Shown: in pieces, positions 58,145 to 64,000 of the stretch
How the letters are laid out: each line of letters starts with the position of its first letter
Numbering within the stretch: the first letter of the stretch is position 1
Source: Opitutales bacterium
GTDB lineage: Bacteria; Verrucomicrobiota; Verrucomicrobiia; Opitutales; PNEW01
DNA length: 64,000 nucleotides
Reading direction: 5' to 3'
Assembly: GCA_965197745.1 (NCBI GenBank)
Contig: CBDANS010000007.1
Span: 242,985-306,984, forward strand
Notes under the pieces: model-generated
Seen by the model: only the letters and a program-made list of their open reading frames with translations
Told to the model about the DNA's origin: nothing
Database searches by the model: none
Made by a program: the position numbers and the translations under genes

Positions 58145-58166
58145 CCGCAGAAGAACAAGAAGTTAA
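58123..58166. repeat. Perfect 22-bp tandem duplication (2 copies plus a partial third) spanning the lgt stop codon
   Basis: cgcagaagaacaagaagttaac occurs at 58123-58144 and again at 58145-58166, followed by cgcagagg... Confidence 0.95.
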
Positions 58167-58479
58167 CCGCAGAGGCACAGAGAGTGAAAAGACAGAATAG
58201 CCACAAAAGGCACAAGAAAGAGATTTTTAAAAAGTAAGAATTACACCCGTTGTCATTGAGAGGATCCCGCAAGTGCGGGGACGCGGCAATCCAGGAAGAC
58301 GGATGACAATTACCGATTCAGCTTAAAGATTATTAACCGCGGAAAACACGGATTAATACGGATGTTTAAATATTTACTATAAAATTCGCACAAAACGAAT
58401 GTGACTCTATACACTATGGACCCCGTTTCCATTTTTGAGAAACTTATCCGCGTGATCTGTGTAATCCGCGGTAATCTCT

Positions 58480-59930
58480 TCAGCATCTGCGGCGGAAACG
58501 CCAGAAGATTAAGAGACAACCCATTCCCATCAGGGCCCAGGTGGAGGGTTCGGGGACAACCGTAAGGGAGAGTGTCCCAAATTCATCGTCATAGAAAGGC
58601 TGGAAAAAATTGCCGGGATTTAATGAGGATCCACCCACATCCACTGTGATGTTGTCGAATGCACCCGACCTCGTTCCGTCCCAGGATATGGCAAGAATAT
58701 TGTCACCAATCAGGGGCACGTAATCTTCGAGAAAAACATTAAGCGTGCCGCTTGAAAATGTCAGGTCACCGGATCCGGTATCATCGAGAATGCGTAAAAA
58801 ATTAGCGCCCGGGCCCTCACCTGAATCGAAAACAGTGATATCTAAAAAACTACCGGCATTGAAGGTAACACTTCCATCCACTCTTAAATTAAAGCTTTGA
58901 TCGACAGTGATTTGTCCTGAGTTCATGATATCGCTTATGATGAGACCTCCTCCTTCTAATTCCCCCAGTGATCCGACCGTGATACTGTCGGCAATTAAAG
59001 TGCTTTGATCATATACTCCCAAAAATCCCTCTCCAAGGTTACCCACATAAATATCATTTATCATTAAAGTTGATCCACCACTGGCTGAGGCATCATCTAC
59101 TACAAGCTCGGAAGCGACACTACTCGCCTGGTTGCCTATAATTACAGACGCATCGATAGTAGGAGTAGCGGTATTATGGACGTGGAAGGTTCCCTGCCCG
59201 GCATCTCCGACAATGATCGAACCCTCTCTGATGGCTGGCTTACCTGGGTCCCCATATGAAGCTGGGAACCTGCTCCATCAATGGCAAACTTGCCGTCTGA
59301 CCCCGAGTTTACGCCCAGGGTTAAAGTACTCGTATTGATCACTTCAACCAAGCCTCCATCGATTATATCGACAAGCCCGAATTCGTTAATACCGATGTTC
59401 AAATCGTTGGCGGTAAAAATGGAACCGGTATTGTAAACATTAACAATACTCGGACCATCTACGCCGATATCAGCAGTATTTGTGATATTTAAAATGCCCG
59501 TTGATGACACACCGTCTCCAATATCGAGTTGGCTGTAAGTCGAATTGAAGTTACTTGAGGTGTCCAGGCTGCTTGCGTTTACCGTTCCATTCTTAATTAG
59601 CAGGGTAGCAGTATCCTCGTCATTGTGAGCGAGGGACAGGGAATTATTTAAGGTCAATGTATTAGTCGATAAATCAAAAGTGACAAAATCATTTTCAACT
59701 TCGAGACTGTGGACCGTGGGACTGGAACTGAAGGAAACGGTATAGGATGAACCAAGATCAAATTCTCCGACAACACTGGTATTGGGAACACCAAAATTCC
59801 AATTGGATCCGTTGCTGAAATCGCCACCTGAGGTGTTAGTCCAATTAGTATTTGAAACGGATGCTTGCGTTGAAAACCAACCCAAGCATAGAAAAACAGG
59901 TAGGAACGCAATTACTTTCAGCTTCAACAT
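58480..59930 (-). pseudogene. PEP-CTERM beta-helix surface protein, paralog 1, frameshifted
   Basis: The N-terminal part (59142-59930) carries signal peptide MLKLKVIAFLPVFLCLGWFSTQASVS. The C-terminal part (58480-59064 and upstream in the same frame) ends VVPEPSTWALMGMGCLLIFWRFRRRC. The frames switch at tcagagagggt (plus-strand ctctct, 59224-59229), which has +2 nt relative to paralog 2. Confidence 0.8.
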
Positions 59931-60194
59931 GAGATCAACAGGTAGGTGTAAATTTCAATTAACACCCTATAAAAGATATGGTTTGAAGACAAGCTTAATC
60001 GGGGCTGTCCATTGCTGATTTTCGATTGTCGATTTAACACAACGGATTTAACAGTGTGTAAACTCAGTTTGGTCAATCTTTTGATCAATGTAATCCGTAA
60101 AATCCGTGGTAAATGGATAGATAGCCACGGAGACCTGAATAGAGCTTATAACAACAATTACCCTGAAAAGTAATCGTTTCCAGTTTTTTAAATC

Positions 60195-61477
60195 TCAGCT
60201 TCTGCGGCGGAAACGCCAGAAGATTAAGAGACAACCCATTCCCATCAGGGCCCAGGTGGAGGGTTCGGGGACAACCGTAAGGGAGAGTGCCCCAAATTCA
60301 TCGTCATAGAAAGGTGAAAAAAAATGTCCGGGTGACAATGAAAGCCCTTCAAAATCTACTGTGATGTCCCCGAAGGTTCCCGTTCTTAATCCTTCCCAGA
60401 AGAGGACATCGAAACTATCGCCAATTTCAGGTACCACATCGGAGATAAATAGATTGAGCGTTCCACTCGAAAAAGTTAAGTCACCGCTGCCATTAGAATC
60501 TATAATATCTAAGTTGTTAGAGCTGAGTCCCTCATCTTGAAAGATAACAATATTCAAAACACTGCCAGCTTTAAAGTCGACGCTTCCATCAATGGTCAGT
60601 CCAAAAAACATACTCATTGGGGTGATTTCGCCAAATATGTCAACGTCGCTTCTGATCGTGCTATCACCTTCAATACTACCTAGAGATCCAACCGTGATAC
60701 TATCAGCGATTAGCAGGCTACTATCAAATACCCCCAGGAGACCCTCACCCAGGTTACCAACCGTAATATCATTTACCGTTAATGTGGATCCACCGCTGAA
60801 TGTTTGATCATCCACAACAAGCTCGGAAGCGACGCTGCTCGCCTGGTTGCCGATGCATCGATGGTAGGGGTTGCGGTATTGTGCACATGAAAAGTTCCCC
60901 GCCCGGCATCTCCGACAATGATTGATCCCTCTGAACCTCCACCAACCTGGGTGCCCATCAGCAGTTGAGAGCCTGTGCCGTCAATAGCCAACTTGCCATC
61001 TGACCCGGTATTCAAGCCGAGAGTTACGGTGAGAGGACTGGAAATTTCCACCGTTGCGCCGTTAAAAATATCAACTAAAGCCGTCCCTGAAACCCCGGAA
61101 TTCAAGTTGCTGGTTTGGAGGGTGCCATTTATAAGCGTAAGATTCGCAATATCCGAAGCGGTTAAGCCGAGATCTGTGTCATTGGTTACGGTCAGGGTGT
61201 TGTCATCGAAAAGATCAAAAATAACAGAGGTGTCAATGATATCTAAATTGTTCACGGTGTGATCCGACATGATTGACACCACCGGGGTAGAGGTCGGTTC
61301 AACATTAAAAACGACATTAACGGAACTGGTAGGAACGACAGCATTAGACCAATTACTGCCCGTATCAAAATCACCTCCAGATGCGCTGATCCAAGTCCCA
61401 TTCGGTAAGGATGCCAAACCGTTATTCAAGGACAAGCTGAGAAGAACAGAGAGTGCTACTAAGAATTTCAGCTTCAT
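60195..61477 (-). pseudogene. PEP-CTERM beta-helix surface protein, paralog 2, frameshifted
   Basis: The N-terminal part (60779-61477) carries signal peptide MKLKFLVALSVLLSLSLNNGLA. The C-terminal part (60195-60815) ends VVPEPSTWALMGMGCLLIFWRFRRRS. The two ORFs overlap by 37 nt in different frames. Relative to paralog 1, 10 nt (tataattaca) are missing at 60851/60852. Confidence 0.8.
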
Positions 61478-61740
61478 GTATGATCAATTAATATGCCGGA
61501 AAATAATTTGCTGTAGCGATAGTAGCTACAGCAATTACTGTAAAACAATAATAATAACTCTATATTATCTATTGTATAATGACAAGATTAAACGCCATTC
61601 AGATACGCTATTAACCGCTGAATTACTGGACTCAGACAGCATTAAGAGGAGGGGTAAGTGACAGGGGCACGCCCTCTCTTATTTGTCTTTCTTGTGCCTC
61701 TTGTAGCTATACTAATCTCTCAGTTTCTCCTTCGAAGTCG

Positions 61741-63249
61741 TCAGAGGACGAGGAGGCAGCCCATCCCCATCAGCGCCCAGGTCGAGGGCTCGGGGACAAC
61801 TACGAGGTCGAGAGAGTTGGCATTGTAAACAGGGGTAAAAAACAGATTACCATCATCAAAACCAAACTCGTCATCGACGGAACCGAATTGACCGGTCAGC
61901 GTCCCGGTCCAGGTGAGCACCGTAAATATATCACCAAATTGGGGCAATGTTCCACCGAGGAGATCTATTTCCAATGAACCGCTCGAGAAAGACAAGTTAC
62001 CGGTGACATTTAATACACTCCAGTCAATGGCATCTAAGATGGAAACCTCGTAAGTACTTCCGGATTCAAACACAAGATTGTTCACGACATCGAGTGGCCA
62101 TGTTGTATCAGGCGCAATGGTGCCGAAATTGTGAAAGGTATCAAAATCGGTGTTTATTTTACCTGCTCCTTTAATTTCACCGTAATTTATTAAATCACCA
62201 ACTACTTGTAATTCCGATTGATTACCACCTGCTGTAAACATTTCTATGACTCCATTCGTCCCGACTGTTACCTCATTGCCATAAAGAGTTCCATCGTAAT
62301 GTATATTAACCTGGTTAATGGGACCAGAGGGACCGACTGTGCCCACGAAAATATTATCAGCTTCCATATAACCTCCGGCAGAACCGCCACCATAGATATC
62401 TACGGTTCCCTCTCCACCCAGACCTACTTGCAGATCGCCGGTAACCCATATACTTGAATTGTCATACAACTCAACGATTCCTGTGCTGCCTGTATCAAAG
62501 CCGATAACCATGTCACCACCGACATCGACATGTGCAGTATCCGGATAGCCGGTTACTACAAGCGACCCATTTCCGTTGCCTCCGATGATGAAACGGCCCT
62601 TAATATCAAGATTCGCATTACCTGATTCATTGGTGGCATCAAGGCGAATTTCACCGGTGCTGCTGGCGTTAACACCGACAATCGCATCGTTTCCACTTAT
62701 ATCATTGTTAACAGTGAATACCGCACCTTCTAATACTTCGAGCAAGCCATCACCTGTAGCGTTACGACCGACATTCAAATCTAAGGTGTCGAAAGTAATC
62801 GCATCGATGACATTAAGATGTGCCATTCCGGAAGTTCCGATTTCTGTAAGAAAATCGACGTCCACTATGCCATTCTTTATGGTCAAATTAGCGTCATCAC
62901 CAATGTCAGGCGCGAGGACAAAACTTGCCGATGGACCGGTACTGTCAACGGTCAGGGTTTTCGTGTTCAGATTCATGATTAAAAAATCACTGGGCGCATC
63001 AGAATCATGAATTTCCAGTCGGTCCACGGTGTGGTTCGCAGAAAAAGTTGCCGTGGGTGATGTTGACGGGTTACCATCGAAAATAGCATTTCCGGTAGCA
63101 TCGGGAACGGTTGAAAAATCCCAATTGGTACCCGTGTTAAAATCACCGCCGGAAGTGTTAGTCCATATACCGATTGGAATAGATGCCGACGCTGATATCC
63201 CGCCCAGGCAGAGAAGAAGAGGGAGTAAATATAAAGTTCTAACATTCAT
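61741..63249 (-). CDS. PEP-CTERM beta-helix surface protein, paralog 3; uninterrupted ORF, but the sorting tail is truncated by TGA
   Basis: Signal peptide MNVRTLYLLPLLLCLGGISASA (preferred ATG 63249), G/N/T-rich beta-strand repeats, and a C-terminus VVPEPSTWALMGMGCLLVL*. The stop aligns with the Trp of paralogs 1 and 2, and RLRRRN* is encoded in frame just after it. Confidence 0.8.
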   Translation of the reverse strand: MNVRTLYLLPLLLCLGGISASASIPIGIWTNTSGGDFNTGTNWDFSTVPDATGNAIFDGNPSTSPTATFSANHTVDRLEIHDSDAPSDFLIMNLNTKTLTVDSTGPSASFVLAPDIGDDANLTIKNGIVDVDFLTEIGTSGMAHLNVIDAITFDTLDLNVGRNATGDGLLEVLEGAVFTVNNDISGNDAIVGVNASSTGEIRLDATNESGNANLDIKGRFIIGGNGNGSLVVTGYPDTAHVDVGGDMVIGFDTGSTGIVELYDNSSIWVTGDLQVGLGGEGTVDIYGGGSAGGYMEADNIFVGTVGPSGPINQVNIHYDGTLYGNEVTVGTNGVIEMFTAGGNQSELQVVGDLINYGEIKGAGKINTDFDTFHNFGTIAPDTTWPLDVVNNLVFESGSTYEVSILDAIDWSVLNVTGNLSFSSGSLEIDLLGGTLPQFGDIFTVLTWTGTLTGQFGSVDDEFGFDDGNLFFTPVYNANSLDLVVVPEPSTWALMGMGCLLVL

Positions 63250-63524
63250 AGTGATAAAACAGGAGTTGGAAATAAAACAGGTGTAGTTCCCCATTTGGGG
63301 AATAAAATAACCATATATTAACTATCGCGCTATGACAAGATTTTACGTGTTCTCGGGTGTATTTTTTTGGCAACTTTTCACCACGTTCTCCCGGTAAAAA
63401 AAATTCTATTACATTGGAATAATTTTTTGACACCTTCCCCATTTTTGTATTACACCTTGCGGAAATCACACCAAAAAATCGCGTCAACAGTTGACAAAGA
63501 GGAATTTAAGTAGATTTATTAGTT

Positions 63525-63860
63525 ATGAATATTGTCGCATATTTAAAACCGCAATGTGGATGGAGCAGGGGAGTCCGCGCTATTTTTGAAAAGTACAGCC
63601 TCGAATACGAGGACAAGGATATTATTAATAATCCGGATATTTACGCCGAGATGGTGGAAAAAACCAGCCAGCCGTTGGCCCCTTGTGTGGAAGTCGACGG
63701 TGTCATGCTTGCTGATGTCAGTGGGGAAGAAGTGGAAAATTATCTTCTCAGCAATCAGTTGGTAAAACCATCGGACCATAAAACTGGGGTGCCAACCAAT
63801 TCAGCCTGCTCAGACGAAGAGCACGCGAGAATGGGCTCCCAGACAATCCGGTTTTTTTAA
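63525..63860 (+). CDS. Glutaredoxin-family protein with a monothiol-like CGWS motif
   Basis: 111 aa. MNIVAYLKPQCGWSRGVRAIFEKY... follows the thioredoxin-fold beta-alpha start. CGWS resembles the CGFS active site of monothiol glutaredoxins. Confidence 0.6.
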   Translation: MNIVAYLKPQCGWSRGVRAIFEKYSLEYEDKDIINNPDIYAEMVEKTSQPLAPCVEVDGVMLADVSGEEVENYLLSNQLVKPSDHKTGVPTNSACSDEEHARMGSQTIRFF

Positions 63861-63871
63861 CAGGCGCTATA

Positions 63872-63894
63872 CGGGGTAACTCCCCACCTTTTTA
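63872..63894 (+). terminator. Candidate intrinsic terminator after the glutaredoxin-like gene
   Basis: gggg (63873-63876) pairs with cccc (63882-63885) across loop taact, followed by accttttt. A second hairpin, gaccggg-aagacaag-cccggtc (63901-63922), is followed by gctgttta. Confidence 0.35.
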
Positions 63895-64000
63895 TAAGCC
63901 GACCGGGAAGACAAGCCCGGTCGCTGTTTATACGGAGATAGTAGTAAAGAGGAGTGATTTAATTGAATAGACAGTGGTAAAATGAAAAAACAAGCTTCCC

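Noticed and set aside
58266-58279. A GC-rich hairpin cccgc-aagt-gcggg downstream of lgt as an intrinsic terminator.
   Set aside because: No T-run follows on either strand. It may belong to the local repeat-rich sequence rather than act as a terminator.
61741-61743. TGA recoding (an alternative genetic code) as the explanation for the in-frame stop in PEP-CTERM paralog 3.
   Set aside because: TGA terminates clearly complete genes in this window, such as the megasynthase at 13432-13434 and the sulfotransferase at 14578-14580. The standard code therefore applies, and a nonsense mutation, possibly with low-level read-through, is the simpler reading.
1-64000. tRNA, rRNA, CRISPR arrays, transposases, integrases and phage genes.
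   Set aside because: I scanned the intergenic regions by eye for T-loop-like GGTTCGAATCC motifs, regularly spaced repeats and recombinase-like ORFs, and found none. tRNAscan-SE, Infernal or a CRISPR finder could still reveal something I missed.

Overview
This is a 64-kb chromosomal window. PEP-CTERM proteins, a fused SecDF and the general gene content suggest a PVC-group (Verrucomicrobiota-like) bacterium, but that is inference only. About 45 genes can be supported and most are housekeeping: acs, cbpA-like, trpS, hisG, rpsA, a sigma-70 factor, trpE, amt, glgC, usp, dinB, glyQS, recJ, secDF, yajC, gcvTH and lgt. Reading by eye I found no rRNA, tRNA, CRISPR array, transposase or integrase. Three accessory regions stand out. 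(1) 1.35-14.6 kb holds a single ~4,027-aa hybrid megasynthase with a fully reducing, C-methylating PKS module (KS-AT-DH-cMT-ER-KR-ACP) fused to a C-A-PCP NRPS module. Its A-domain code reads as glycine. It ends not in a TE or an SDR-type R domain but in a ~390-aa Rossmann domain that resembles cyanobacterial acyl-ACP reductase (AAR), including a Cys at the expected catalytic position. A stand-alone sulfotransferase follows after 24 nt. This is my top candidate for an undescribed system. (2) 47.6-52.8 kb is a tightly overlapping operon encoding a PqqD-family peptide-binding protein, an HprK-like P-loop kinase, two GT2 glycosyltransferases, an NTP_transf_5-type nucleotidyltransferase and an SDR epimerase. 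It looks like a peptide phospho-glycosylation cassette, but has no lasso cyclase, protease, exporter or obvious precursor. (3) 58.1-63.3 kb is a tandem array of three paralogous secreted beta-helix PEP-CTERM proteins, each with a different lesion (a +2 frameshift, a 10-nt indel and a TGG->TGA nonsense in the sorting tail), set among short repeats. There is also an OmpR-type response regulator split by a -1 frameshift in an A6 tract.
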